Positions 9,138 through 18,796 of a DNA stretch of 64,000 bases are shown here, in pieces. The position numbers and the translations under genes were made by a program. The notes beneath the pieces were generated by a model, which saw nothing but the letters and a program-made list of their open reading frames with translations, was not told the DNA's origin and did not search any database. Where the stretch lies: NCBI GenBank assembly GCA_018902795.1, contig JAHIQD010000011.1:35201-99200 (forward strand). Reading direction: 5' to 3'. This DNA comes from Bacteroidota bacterium (GTDB lineage Bacteria; Bacteroidota; Bacteroidia; Flavobacteriales; Weeksellaceae). Each line of letters begins with the position of its first letter. Position 1 is the first letter of the stretch.

Positions 9138-10484
9138 TTATGAAAGATCTTCAATGAATTTTGCGGCAGTTTTTTCCCGAACTTCTTCTAATGTTGCGCC
9201 CGGCATTACCTCAGTTAAAGTAAGTTTTCCGTCAATGTAACTGAAAACTGCAAGGTCAGTAATCACCACATCAACAGATTTTAAAGCTGTTAAAGGTAAA
9301 TCGCAGACCGGAACAATTTTCGATGTGCCATCTCTTTCGGTATGCATCATTGTGATAATGAGTTTTTTCGCTCCCGAAGCCAAATCCATCGCACCTCCAA
9401 CGCCTAAAAGCGGTTCGCCGGGAACTGCCCAGTTGGCAAGATTTCCTGCTTCATCCACTTGCAGACCGCCCATCACAGCAGTATCAATATGTCCGCCGCG
9501 AATCATCGCGAAAGAATCCGTGCTGTCGAAATAGCTGGTTCCGGGAAGTGCAGTAACTGGGATTTTTCCTGCATTCACCGGATAATCCATTGCGCCTCCG
9601 CCATCTTCCGGAACGGGACCAACACCCAACATTCCGTTTTCGGTGTGAAGAATAATACCGTGTTCTTCGGTAATTAAATCAGCTACTAAGGTTGGAATTC
9701 CGATGCCAAGATTTACCACTTCGCCTTTCTGAAGCTCAGCCAAAGCACGTTTTGCCATATTCATTCTTTTTTCGGAAACAACTTTTGATTTGCTCACAGA
9801 ACCGGAACTTCCGAGTTCTTCCAATGTCGTATGCGCCTGAACCAAATAATCGATATAGCAACCTTGCGTATGAATGTTTTCGGCAGCAATTTCGCCAACC
9901 GCAACAATCTCTTCCACTTCTGCAATCACGAGATCAGCGGCAGTTGCGAAAGCACGGTTAAAATTCTGTTCCGTCATTCTGTACTGAAGATTTCCTGCAG
10001 TATCAGCTTTCCAGGCACGGATAAAGGCTACATTTCCGCGGATTCCAGGAACGAAAACCATTTCTTTTCCGTTGATGATTTTAGTTTCTCTTCCTTTGGC
10101 AATTTCGGTTCCGGCAGAAGTTACAGTATAAAAACCGCCGATTCCTGCGCCACCTGCCCGAACAGCTTCTGCAAGCGTTCCCTGCGGGATGAGTTCATAT
10201 TCTACATCGCCGTTTTGTGCCGCTTTTACCGCTTCAGGGTTGGAAGTGAAAAAGGAGCCGATCATTTTTTTAATCTGTCTGTTTCTTAAAAGCCGGCCAC
10301 CGCCTAAGCCCGGTTCGCCAACATTATTTCCTATAAAAGTTAGGTTTTTTGTGTCTGTTTCCGCCAAAGCGTGCATCAGGTGAACCGGATTTCCGGTCAT
10401 CCCGAAACCGCCCTGTAAAAGGGTGTCGCCATCTTTTACGAATGCAGCGGCTTCCTGTGGTGTAATTTGTGGAACGTGTTTCAT
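9138..10484 (-). CDS. 3-oxoacid (3-oxoadipate) CoA-transferase with A and B subunits fused in one polypeptide
   Basis: The N-terminal half is subunit-A-like. The C-terminal half is subunit-B-like and carries the catalytic-Glu motif as TENGMLG. A linker lies around residues 225-240. Confidence 0.85.
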   Translation of the reverse strand: MKHVPQITPQEAAAFVKDGDTLLQGGFGMTGNPVHLMHALAETDTKNLTFIGNNVGEPGLGGGRLLRNRQIKKMIGSFFTSNPEAVKAAQNGDVEYELIPQGTLAEAVRAGGAGIGGFYTVTSAGTEIAKGRETKIINGKEMVFVPGIRGNVAFIRAWKADTAGNLQYRMTEQNFNRAFATAADLVIAEVEEIVAVGEIAAENIHTQGCYIDYLVQAHTTLEELGSSGSVSKSKVVSEKRMNMAKRALAELQKGEVVNLGIGIPTLVADLITEEHGIILHTENGMLGVGPVPEDGGGAMDYPVNAGKIPVTALPGTSYFDSTDSFAMIRGGHIDTAVMGGLQVDEAGNLANWAVPGEPLLGVGGAMDLASGAKKLIITMMHTERDGTSKIVPVCDLPLTALKSVDVVITDLAVFSYIDGKLTLTEVMPGATLEEVREKTAAKFIEDLS

Positions 10485-10522
10485 TTTACTTTTTTTATAT
10501 TTAATGCAAACTGCATATTTCT

Positions 10523-11302
10523 TTATTGATTTAAAAACTGAACAACCGCGCTGCTGAATTCAGCTGGTTTTTCGAAGTTGGAAAGATGACAGGTTTCCAG
10601 AATGATATGCTCCGCATTCCTGATATTCTTTTGTAGGGAATTGCCGTCTTCAACCGTTGTTACTTCATCGTATTTTCCTGAAATGACGAGGGTAGGAATA
10701 TTGATTTTGTCGAGTTCATTTCTGAAATCGGCATCGCGGACCATCGCACAGTTGGAAATGTATCCCTGTAACGGCGTCTCAGCGAAATTTTCCAAAATTC
10801 CATCCACTTCATTTTTATGATTTTTATTGAAACTTTCCGTAAACCATCTTTCGGCAGTTGCTTCAAGAATGGAAGAAAGTCCATTTTCGGATACGCTTTT
10901 GATCCGGCTGTTCCAACCATCAGCAGTACCGATTTTGGCTGCTGTATTGGAGATAATCAGTTTTTTAAGTCTTCCGTCAGCATTTAATGCCAGCCACTGA
11001 CCGATTAATCCGCCCATTGAAATTCCACAGAAATAAAATTCCTTAATTCCTAAAAATTCAGTGAGCTGTAAAATATCGTTTCCTAAAAGTTCAGCACTAT
11101 AATCGCCCTCCGTTACTTCACTTTTTCCATGTCCTCGGGTGTCGTAGAACAGAATGTTGAAATATTTTGAAATCTCTTCCCGCTGTTTTTCCCACATCGA
11201 AAAGTTGGTTCCCAATGAATTCGAAAATACGAGTGAGTTCTCTTTGCCGTGATCTTCAAAAAGATAATTGATTTCTGTGTTATTTACTTTTGTTAAAGGC
11301 AT
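10523..11302 (-). CDS. pcaD: 3-oxoadipate enol-lactonase (alpha/beta hydrolase)
   Basis: 259 aa with nucleophile elbow GISMGG. Operon context between catA and the CoA-transferase. Confidence 0.75.
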   Translation of the reverse strand: MPLTKVNNTEINYLFEDHGKENSLVFSNSLGTNFSMWEKQREEISKYFNILFYDTRGHGKSEVTEGDYSAELLGNDILQLTEFLGIKEFYFCGISMGGLIGQWLALNADGRLKKLIISNTAAKIGTADGWNSRIKSVSENGLSSILEATAERWFTESFNKNHKNEVDGILENFAETPLQGYISNCAMVRDADFRNELDKINIPTLVISGKYDEVTTVEDGNSLQKNIRNAEHIILETCHLSNFEKPAEFSSAVVQFLNQ

Positions 11303-11397
11303 TTATTAAAAATTTATTTGACGGAAGTGAAGAAAACCAAACAAACTCTACATCCTGAAATGAAGAGTCTGCCTGAAGATTAGATTATTTCAAACTG

Positions 11398-12327
11398 CTA
11401 TGATGCGAGCGCTCTTGTTCTGTGATTTTCGCCGTTATCATGTATTACTTCTTCTTTTACAATGGTAAAATTGAAATTCGAGTGTGCATAAGCTTCGTCT
11501 CCGTAACCGTTGGCAACTGCTTCTTCTGCAGAATGTCTTGTAATTTTAGGTACAAGTTCTTCCTTGGTTGCAAAAGCAAAATCTTCAAAAATTAACGGAT
11601 CTCCTTCGATATTAATTTGGGTGGTCAGTTTTCTGTAACCTGGTGCTGTAACAAAGAAGTGGATGTGTGCAGGGCGGCTTCCGTGTCTTCCCAAAAGCGT
11701 CATCATTTTGTTGGTAGCACTTCCCGGTGGACATGAATATCCCGGTGGAACAACAGTTTTGAACTTATATTTTCCATCAGCACCGATTCTGATGGCTCTT
11801 CTTAAATTGTACTCGGACTGGCTTGTATCGAAATAAGAGTACATCCCGTGTTCGTTGCAGTGCCAAACTTCAAGTAAAGCGCCTTCTACAGGATTTCCGT
11901 CAACATCTTTTACGGTTCCTTCCATATAGAATCTTTCCAGATTTCGGTTTTCTTCCGGATTATTTTCCAGTTCCGCGTAAGATTCAGTTTCTGGAGAACC
12001 CGCAACGTAAAGCGGTCCTTCGATGGTTCTTGGTGTTACGTTGTTTAGTCCGGCCTCTTGATCTTCGTGATCCATCATGTCATCCATGAATTTTTCAATT
12101 CCTAATCCGGCGAAAAGTAATCCCCATTCGTTGTTTTGGCCAACCGTTTTCAAATAATCTGCGGCGTGCCACATTTCTTCGGAAGTAATATTAAGGTCAA
12201 CCATTGCATAAAAAAGGTCTTTCAGAAGACGGTTTGTAATTTCCTTAACTCTTTCATTGCCCTGTCCGGCCTTTTCCTGACTTGTGATTACCGCCAATAC
12301 GGCATCTATCTGTTCTCTTGTCATCAT
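11398..12327 (-). CDS. catA: Catechol 1,2-dioxygenase (intradiol)
   Basis: Intradiol dioxygenase motifs (LEVWHCNEHGMYSYFD, GRHGSRPAHIHFFV). I moved the start to the internal MMTREQ codon at 12327, because the 78-codon upstream extension of the track ORF overlaps catC. Confidence 0.9.
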   Translation of the reverse strand: MMTREQIDAVLAVITSQEKAGQGNERVKEITNRLLKDLFYAMVDLNITSEEMWHAADYLKTVGQNNEWGLLFAGLGIEKFMDDMMDHEDQEAGLNNVTPRTIEGPLYVAGSPETESYAELENNPEENRNLERFYMEGTVKDVDGNPVEGALLEVWHCNEHGMYSYFDTSQSEYNLRRAIRIGADGKYKFKTVVPPGYSCPPGSATNKMMTLLGRHGSRPAHIHFFVTAPGYRKLTTQINIEGDPLIFEDFAFATKEELVPKITRHSAEEAVANGYGDEAYAHSNFNFTIVKEEVIHDNGENHRTRALAS

Positions 12328-12368
12328 GATTTTTAAATTTTTTTGAATTGATATTGTTGTTAAATTTT

Positions 12369-12659
12369 TTAAAGAAGAGTTTCGCGTAAAGCATTCGGGT
12401 GTTTGCAGACGCTGGTTACTTTGATCGTCATGTAAGGGAAAAGTGGTAGGGAACTCAGGATTGCGTGAAGCTCGTCCGGACTTTCCACTTCCAGAACGCT
12501 GATATTTGAATATCTGCCTGCAACCCGCCACAGATATTTCCATTTCCCGGAATTCTGCCACTTCTGAGAAGTTTCCTGTTCTCTTTCCATGAATGATTTT
12601 TTTTTGTCCTCATCCCAGGTTTCCGGAATGTGAACATCCATTTCTACTACGTATACCAT
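12369..12659 (-). CDS. catC: Muconolactone delta-isomerase
   Basis: 96 aa. GKWKYLWRVAGRYSNISVLEV and LPLFPYM match the muconolactone isomerase family. Confidence 0.9.
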   Translation of the reverse strand: MVYVVEMDVHIPETWDEDKKKSFMEREQETSQKWQNSGKWKYLWRVAGRYSNISVLEVESPDELHAILSSLPLFPYMTIKVTSVCKHPNALRETLL

Positions 12660-12661
12660 GA

Positions 12662-13786
12662 TTATTTTCTTTTGTAATGATTCAGTTTATCTTCGTCGAT
12701 TTCAATTCCCAAACCGGGACCTTTCGGCACTTCGAGTGTGCAGTCTTTAAACACCATCGGATTGGTGACGATGTCGTCGGTCAAAAGCATAGGTCCAAAA
12801 AGTTCGGTTCCCCAACCTAAGTTGGTAAATGTGCTGAAAATGTGCGCCGATGCTACGGAGCCAATGGTTCCTTCGAGCATGGTTCCGCCGTACAAACCGA
12901 TGTCAGAAGCTTCTGCCATACCTGCGATCTTTGCTGCGTTGTAAAGTCCGCCTGTTTTCATGATTTTGATGGCAAAAACACTTCCGCCACGGATTTTGCA
13001 GAGTTTCATTGCGTCTTCGATTGTAGCTACTGCTTCATCAGCCATAATGGGAACGTGGAAATATTCCGTAAGCCGCGCCAGTCCGTCGAAATTTGTTTTC
13101 ACGATTGGCTGTTCAATTAAATCGATGCCGTTGTCCTGCAGGATTTTAATCCAGATTTTTGCAGTAAATTCACTCCATGCCTGGTTGATATCCACAGTAA
13201 TTCTGATGTTTTCGCCCAAAGCTTTTTTAATGGCTACTACATGCGCCACATCTTTTTTGGGTTCGTTACTTCCTATTTTTAATTTAAAAGTATCGTGACG
13301 GTTAATTTCAATCAGGTGTTTAGCTTCTTCAATGTCTTTTTCGGTATTTCCGCTGGCCAAAGTCCACAAAACCGGAAGTTTGGTGTTGATAGAACCTCCG
13401 AAAAGTTCAGCGACACAAACGCCGAGACGTTTTCCCTGTGCATCGAGTAAAGCGGTTTCAATGCCGGCTTTTGTGAAGGTATTTCCTTTTACATTCCGGT
13501 TGATTTCGTGCATCAATACATTAATATTGGTAGCATCTTTTCCGGTTAATAATGGTGAAATATATTGATCAACCGTTAGTTTCATGGATTCCGGAGATTC
13601 CGGCCCATAGGTCATTCCACCGATGGTTGTTGATTCTCCCCAACCAATAATACCGTCTGTGGAAGTGATTTTAATAATCACCATAGTCTGCTTCATCATC
13701 GTCGCCATTGAAAGTTTGTGCGGACGGATGGTAGGTAAATCTATAATTGAGGCTTCAACACTCAGAATTGCTGGATTTTTTTCCAT
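12662..13786 (-). CDS. catB: Muconate cycloisomerase (enolase superfamily)
   Basis: 374 aa with MLE-type motifs (FKLKIG, VDINQAW, IEQP, MADE). The stop is 2 nt from the catC start. Confidence 0.9.
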   Translation of the reverse strand: MEKNPAILSVEASIIDLPTIRPHKLSMATMMKQTMVIIKITSTDGIIGWGESTTIGGMTYGPESPESMKLTVDQYISPLLTGKDATNINVLMHEINRNVKGNTFTKAGIETALLDAQGKRLGVCVAELFGGSINTKLPVLWTLASGNTEKDIEEAKHLIEINRHDTFKLKIGSNEPKKDVAHVVAIKKALGENIRITVDINQAWSEFTAKIWIKILQDNGIDLIEQPIVKTNFDGLARLTEYFHVPIMADEAVATIEDAMKLCKIRGGSVFAIKIMKTGGLYNAAKIAGMAEASDIGLYGGTMLEGTIGSVASAHIFSTFTNLGWGTELFGPMLLTDDIVTNPMVFKDCTLEVPKGPGLGIEIDEDKLNHYKRK

Positions 13787-13862
13787 TAATATTCGTGTGA
13801 TATTGAGTTAAACATCTGTTAATGAATCTGTAAACCGAAGTTACCAATATCTGAAATGATGG

Positions 13863-13893
13863 AATAGGATTTTTTCAGTAATTAATAGGATTT
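13863..13893 (-). promoter_or_regulatory. Candidate operator: two AATAGGATTT direct repeats 21 bp apart upstream of catB
   Basis: Identical 10-mers at 13863-13872 and 13884-13893, in the 169-bp gap between the AraC gene and catB. Confidence 0.35.
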
Positions 13894-13955
13894 CTTATAA
13901 ATAACTGAAGCAATGGGCTGTTGAGCTAAGAATGTTACGCTAAAGAGACGTGTAT

Positions 13956-14831
13956 TTAATTGAAGTTGGAACGGTACTGTTTTGGGGTCTGTCCGGTTTT
14001 CTGTTTGAAAAGTCTCGCAAAATAACTGGGATCATCAATATCGAACTGATAGGAAACTTCAGAAATGCTGAATTCAGGGTTTTTTAAAGTAGATTTAATA
14101 TTGAGGATGAGGAAATCAAGAATGACTTCCTTTGGTGATTTCCCAGAAATAGCTTTGCAGATCTGGCTGAGTGTTGCAACCGAAATCCCAAGTTCGGAGG
14201 CGTAATCTTCAACTCTCTTTTTGATGGAATTGTTCTCCTGAACCAGCTTCTTGAAATTCCGGAAAACCGTTCTTTCATTTTGGTTCAGCGTATGGATCAC
14301 CGTTTGGTTGGAGTGGTTGATGCGGTAAAGCCTTAGCAGCAACATCCCGACAAGGTACTGAAGCGCCAGATCTTTTCCCGGAAGAAGGTTGTGGTACTCA
14401 AAAACACATTTGTGAATGGTGTTGTAGGCGTCTTCAACTAATTGGTTTTTCTGGCTTATTTCTGTGATGCTGATGGTGTCGAGCTCATAAATCACTTCCA
14501 CATCAAACTTCAGCATCTGTTCCACAGCATTTGCGGAAAGGGAGATCAAATATCCTTTAGATCCGGGTTCAAACTCAAGACCATGAAAAACCGACTGCGG
14601 AATCGTGATGATGGAAGGTTTATCCACTGCAAAATGTTCGTTGTTTGCCAAAAGTTCCACCTTTCCTTTTTCGAGGACGAAGATTTGAAACAGATTGCGG
14701 TGCGCATGGGATTTTACGGAATACCCAATTCGGGAAAACATGTCATCAAGAGAAACGATGTTGATGATTTCGCGTACCAGTTTGATGTGGTTTTCACCAA
14801 AAATTCCGTTATAATAAACCTTCTGAGCCAT
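13956..14831 (-). CDS. AraC-family transcriptional regulator
   Basis: Cupin-like N-terminal domain plus a C-terminal double HTH (LGISVATLSQICK..., DPSYFARLFKQKTGQTP). Lies directly upstream of the cat operon. Confidence 0.85.
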   Translation of the reverse strand: MAQKVYYNGIFGENHIKLVREIINIVSLDDMFSRIGYSVKSHAHRNLFQIFVLEKGKVELLANNEHFAVDKPSIITIPQSVFHGLEFEPGSKGYLISLSANAVEQMLKFDVEVIYELDTISITEISQKNQLVEDAYNTIHKCVFEYHNLLPGKDLALQYLVGMLLLRLYRINHSNQTVIHTLNQNERTVFRNFKKLVQENNSIKKRVEDYASELGISVATLSQICKAISGKSPKEVILDFLILNIKSTLKNPEFSISEVSYQFDIDDPSYFARLFKQKTGQTPKQYRSNFN

Positions 14832-14893
14832 TTCCTAAAATTACAAAAAATTAGGAATATGAAAATGATTTTCACTGAAAACTCTTTTCATCG

Positions 14894-15898
14894 CTATTTG
14901 ATAAATTCGATCAAAGGGGTAATAAACCTTTCAAAAACTTCAATATGTGGCGAATGTCCCACATTTTCCAGTTCCACGAGTTTCGAACCTTTGATTTTTT
15001 TCTGGGTTTCTTTTCCTAAATTCTGATAAAGTCCCATTAATGGCTGCAGTTCTTTAGGTGCCTTTGCCTTTCCGATGGCAGTTCTGTCGCGGGTTCCGAT
15101 AATAAGAAGGGTAGGCGTTTTTATTTTTTCAAAATCATAAACAACAGGCTGTGTGTAAATCATATCTGAAGTTAAAGCAGCATTCCAGGCGGTAATGGGG
15201 AAATCCTTGGAAACTGTCCAGCCGGCCAAAAGATTCAGCCATTTGTCATATTCGGGTTTCCATTTACCGTCGTAATAAAATTTGAGCTGATAATCTTTGT
15301 AAGAATCATAAGTGTTTTTAAGTTCAGCAGCATATTGTTTATCGATATTCTGGTAAGTTGAAAAATTGCGGTAATCTTCTAATCCGATTGGATTTTCAAG
15401 AATCAGTTTTTCTACATTTTCAGGATACATCACCGCCATTTTCGTTGCAAGCATTCCGCCCATGGAATGACCGAGAACGATGAATCTGTCAATTTGTAGA
15501 TCTTCTAAAATCGATTTGGTATTTTCGGCCAACTGCTGAAAACTGAACTGATACTGTTTCGGTTTTGAAGATTTTCCGAAACCGATCTGATCGGGCATAA
15601 TAACTCTGAAACCTTCTTTCTGAAGCTCTTTTGCAGTCTGTTCAAAATAATATCCGTTGAAATTTTTACCGTGCAGCAATACAATTGTTTTTCCGTTAGG
15701 TTTTGCAGGTTTCACATCCATGAAAGCCATTTTCAACTGCTGTCCCTGGTTTTTCAGCTCTTTAAACTGAACCGGAAAAGGATATTTGACCGTAGATAAT
15801 TCAGCATCTAAAGGTTCTAATTTTGCAAGGTTTTGTGATTTACACGCGATGCCCAGCAACAGGGAAAAGAGTAGGATTAATAACTTCTGAGATTTCAT
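14894..15898 (-). CDS. Secreted alpha/beta hydrolase
   Basis: Lipoprotein-type signal (LLLGIAC) and nucleophile elbow GHSMGG. Confidence 0.8.
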   Translation of the reverse strand: MKSQKLLILLFSLLLGIACKSQNLAKLEPLDAELSTVKYPFPVQFKELKNQGQQLKMAFMDVKPAKPNGKTIVLLHGKNFNGYYFEQTAKELQKEGFRVIMPDQIGFGKSSKPKQYQFSFQQLAENTKSILEDLQIDRFIVLGHSMGGMLATKMAVMYPENVEKLILENPIGLEDYRNFSTYQNIDKQYAAELKNTYDSYKDYQLKFYYDGKWKPEYDKWLNLLAGWTVSKDFPITAWNAALTSDMIYTQPVVYDFEKIKTPTLLIIGTRDRTAIGKAKAPKELQPLMGLYQNLGKETQKKIKGSKLVELENVGHSPHIEVFERFITPLIEFIK

Positions 15899-15970
15899 TC
15901 TTTCATTTTAGATTTCCTCAAAATTACGAAAATAAAAAAAGAGCCGTTACCGACTCTTTCTATTCTGATA

Positions 15971-17086
15971 TTATTTGTAGGATTCCCACCATCTTTCGTA
16001 CACTTTCGCATCATCTTCCCAGTTTACTTTTTCGCCAATTTTTGGAGTAATGATCCTTGCGTTTTCAGTGTTCAGTTCCATCATTTTCTTCAGCGGTTCG
16101 TCCCAAGCATGAACGGAGAGCGCAAATTTAGAATTATGAACCGGAATCATTCTTTTGGCATTGAGTTCTTTCATGGCTTTGATGTTTTCGCCCGGCATAA
16201 AGTGAATGTATCGCCAGTCTTTGTTGTACTGTCCGTTTTCGAGGATAGCTAAATCGAAACTGCCGAATTTATCGCCAATTTTTTTGAAATGGTCATCATA
16301 ACCGCTGTCGCCACCGATATAAATTCTCTGTTTCGGGGTTTCAAAAACGAAACTTGCCCAAATCGCCTGATCGCGCTTTAAACCACGACCGGAAAAATGT
16401 CTTGCTGCTTCACAATATACTTTAAAACCGTTTCCTAAATCTGAACTTTCGCCCCAGTCCAGTTCGATGATTTTATTGGGATCATAATTCCAGTATTCCA
16501 GATGTTCGCCGGTTCCGAGACCTGTAATCACTTTTTTCACTTTTGGATTGAGCTTTTTCACGGTTTCATAATCCAAATGATCCCAGTGATCGTGGGAAAT
16601 AATTAAATAATCAAGCTCCGGAATATCATCGGTGGTATACAAATCTGCTCCTTCAAAAGCTTTGGTTGTAAAAGTAAAAGGCGAAGCATTTCCGCTGAAA
16701 ACCGGATCAACGAGGATCTTTTTACCGTCAATCTGCATAAAATAGGAAGAATGTCCCATCCAGATATACACGTTTTCATTCGGATTCAGATTTTTTAAAT
16801 CCGTTTTGCTGAAGTTGAATTTCTGTTTTGGCCTCAGGTTTTCCTTTTTCCCGAACAGAAAGCGGAACATCACTTCCGGCATCGACGTGTCTTCCGCAAG
16901 TTGTGGGGTATGATTCAGGTTGTTGAACTTTCCGTTTTCGTAATGCGGCGATTTCTGAATTCTTTCCAGACGTTTTCCTGAAGGTGCTTTCCCGAATTTA
17001 GGGTGTTTCATAATCAGGAAAGTTGCTGCCACTAAAACGGCGATCAACAGGAGGGATGCTATCATGAGTTTCTTTAAAATAATCAT
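15971..17086 (-). CDS. MBL-fold metallo-hydrolase
   Basis: N-terminal TM anchor and the HxHxDH motif (SHDHWDH). Confidence 0.8.
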   Translation of the reverse strand: MIILKKLMIASLLLIAVLVAATFLIMKHPKFGKAPSGKRLERIQKSPHYENGKFNNLNHTPQLAEDTSMPEVMFRFLFGKKENLRPKQKFNFSKTDLKNLNPNENVYIWMGHSSYFMQIDGKKILVDPVFSGNASPFTFTTKAFEGADLYTTDDIPELDYLIISHDHWDHLDYETVKKLNPKVKKVITGLGTGEHLEYWNYDPNKIIELDWGESSDLGNGFKVYCEAARHFSGRGLKRDQAIWASFVFETPKQRIYIGGDSGYDDHFKKIGDKFGSFDLAILENGQYNKDWRYIHFMPGENIKAMKELNAKRMIPVHNSKFALSVHAWDEPLKKMMELNTENARIITPKIGEKVNWEDDAKVYERWWESYK

Positions 17087-17260
17087 TATTGTTAAATACT
17101 GCTTTTATTCACTGTTAAAGTAGGACGTTTGGCCAGAGATTTTACTTTAAAAATGCTGACAAATGTAATTGAAATTTAAGAAGTGAGTAAAATCAGTGTC
17201 AATGATTTTATCTTTCATTAATATTTGATTAACTTTAGTACAACCAAAAAATCTAATATT

Positions 17261-17686
17261 ATGCACGAAAATGTAGTAGTTAAACAAAGAGTTAACGCGC
17301 CCGTAGAGAAGGTTTGGAACGCTTTGACCGATAAAGCGAAAATGAAAGAGTGGTATTTTGATATCCCCGATTTTGAATTGGGCATTCATAACGAGTTCAA
17401 TTTTTTTGAACCCGGCGGTGAAAACAAATATCACCATCACGGAGAGATTCTGGAAGTGATTCCTAACGAAAAATTCAAGCACACCTGGTCTTATCCGGAA
17501 TTTTCAAAAGATAAAACCATTGTAAAATGGAAGCTTGAAGAAGACGGCGACGGCACCTTGATTACGTTAACGCATAAAGGCTTGGAGAACTTCAGCCACC
17601 TTGGAAAAGATTTTCAGAAAGAAAGCTTCACGAATGGATGGAACGAAATTTTAGGAAAGAGTTTAAAAGAATATATTGAAAAATAG
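17261..17686 (+). CDS. SRPBCC/AHSA1-family protein
   Basis: APVEKVWNALTD and the WSYPEF pattern are typical of Aha1-like SRPBCC proteins. The start is placed at the internal ATG (MHENVVV). Confidence 0.7.
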   Translation: MHENVVVKQRVNAPVEKVWNALTDKAKMKEWYFDIPDFELGIHNEFNFFEPGGENKYHHHGEILEVIPNEKFKHTWSYPEFSKDKTIVKWKLEEDGDGTLITLTHKGLENFSHLGKDFQKESFTNGWNEILGKSLKEYIEK

Positions 17687-17699
17687 AAGATATTGAAAA

Positions 17700-17724
17700 A
17701 CACGCTGCGAGGCGTGTTTTTTTT
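17700..17724 (+). terminator. Intrinsic terminator
   Basis: ACACGC-tgcgag-GCGTGT hairpin followed by T8. Confidence 0.7.
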
Positions 17725-17744
17725 GTGTTCGTTTTATTGATGAA

Positions 17745-17894
17745 ATCCGGAAACCTTTCGAAAGATTAACAACCAGGGATTCTAGCCCCGACCGAACGGC
17801 ATGTTTGAGCTCTCCTGTGCCTGCAAGGGCGCAGGAAGCGAGTAGTGAGGGCGGGACGGGTTTTCGGAAGAAACCGCACCTGTGTTGCTCCTAA
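17745..17894 (-). repeat. GC-rich structured intergenic element, copy B (inverted relative to copy A)
   Basis: The reverse complement begins TTAGGAGCAACACA, contains TTCTTCCGAAAACCCGTCCCGC, then TCGGGGCTAGAA, and ends TTTCCGGAT. The block order is the same as in 5929-6070. Confidence 0.6.
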
Positions 17895-17897
17895 TTG

Positions 17898-18719
17898 TTA
17901 TTGTTTTGCAGGCAACTGCGATCTGTTCTGAACTTTTTTGTAAGTATAAGCACTCATCATAATACTGAATTCGTACAGCAACAGCAACGGGAAAGCGGCC
18001 ATCAGCATACTCAAAACATCGGCAGGAGTGATGACGGCTGCAACCACCATAATGAGAACGATCGCGTGACGGCGGTAGGTTTTCATGAATTTTGGGGTTA
18101 AAATCCCAATCGAGGTGAGGAAATAAACAATCACAGGGAAAAGGAAAACCGTGCCCATTCCCAACACAACCTGCATGAATAAAGTCGTATAATCGCTGAG
18201 ATCAAAAAGTTGGGTGATGGAATCTGAGATTTTAAACAGCAAACCGAAATTAATCGCAAAAGGTAAAATGAGGAAATAACCACATAAAATTCCCAAAAGG
18301 AAAAGAATCCAAACGAAATTAATAAGGAAAACAGAGTTTTTGCGTTCGTTCGGGTGAAGCGCCGGAGAAATGAAACGCCAAAGCTCAATAATGATATAAG
18401 GAAATGCCACTACGATTCCGCCAAAAATGGAAACCGACATCATCACATTAAACTGCTGGAAAAGTTTCTTCTGCTGCACCGCAAAATGATCAGGAAGCAC
18501 AATGCTGTCGTGACCGAGGAATTCGCGGGAAAAATGGTTCACTACACGGAAGGTGAAGAAATCGTTTCTTGTAGGTCCGAAAAAAACATGATCCATGATC
18601 CAGTTTACATTGAAACCTACAAGGAGTGCACCCACAATAACTGCAATGATAGAGCGGATTAAGTGTCCTCTCAATTCGCCGATGTGTCCCCAAAATGACA
18701 TGTCTTTTCTTTCGCCCAT
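17898..18719 (-). CDS. tatC: Twin-arginine translocase subunit TatC
   Basis: 273 aa, 6 TM helices, N-terminal SFWGHIGELR motif. Confidence 0.9.
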   Translation of the reverse strand: MGERKDMSFWGHIGELRGHLIRSIIAVIVGALLVGFNVNWIMDHVFFGPTRNDFFTFRVVNHFSREFLGHDSIVLPDHFAVQQKKLFQQFNVMMSVSIFGGIVVAFPYIIIELWRFISPALHPNERKNSVFLINFVWILFLLGILCGYFLILPFAINFGLLFKISDSITQLFDLSDYTTLFMQVVLGMGTVFLFPVIVYFLTSIGILTPKFMKTYRRHAIVLIMVVAAVITPADVLSMLMAAFPLLLLYEFSIMMSAYTYKKVQNRSQLPAKQ

Positions 18720-18723
18720 TTTA

Positions 18724-18750
18724 AAAATTCAAGATTCAAAATTCAAGATT
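18724..18750. repeat. Tandem 13-nt direct repeat AAAATTCAAGATT x2 (period 14) abutting the tatC start
   Basis: Read directly from the sequence. Copies lie at 18724-18736 and 18738-18750. Confidence 0.75.
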
Positions 18751-18796
18751 GCGAAATTACAGAATTATTGGTGAAAATATCTGAAGCCGCATCAAA

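Noticed and set aside
12328-12561. The 78-codon N-terminal extension of the catA track ORF (MAEFREMEIS...).
   Set aside because: It overlaps catC in another frame and has no similarity to intradiol dioxygenase N-termini. The internal MMTREQIDAV start leaves a normal 41-nt gap after catC.
17147-17482. Minus-strand ORF of 111 aa overlapping the start of the SRPBCC gene.
   Set aside because: It overlaps a well-supported plus-strand gene and an AT-rich promoter region, and its hydrophobic low-complexity translation has no recognisable features.
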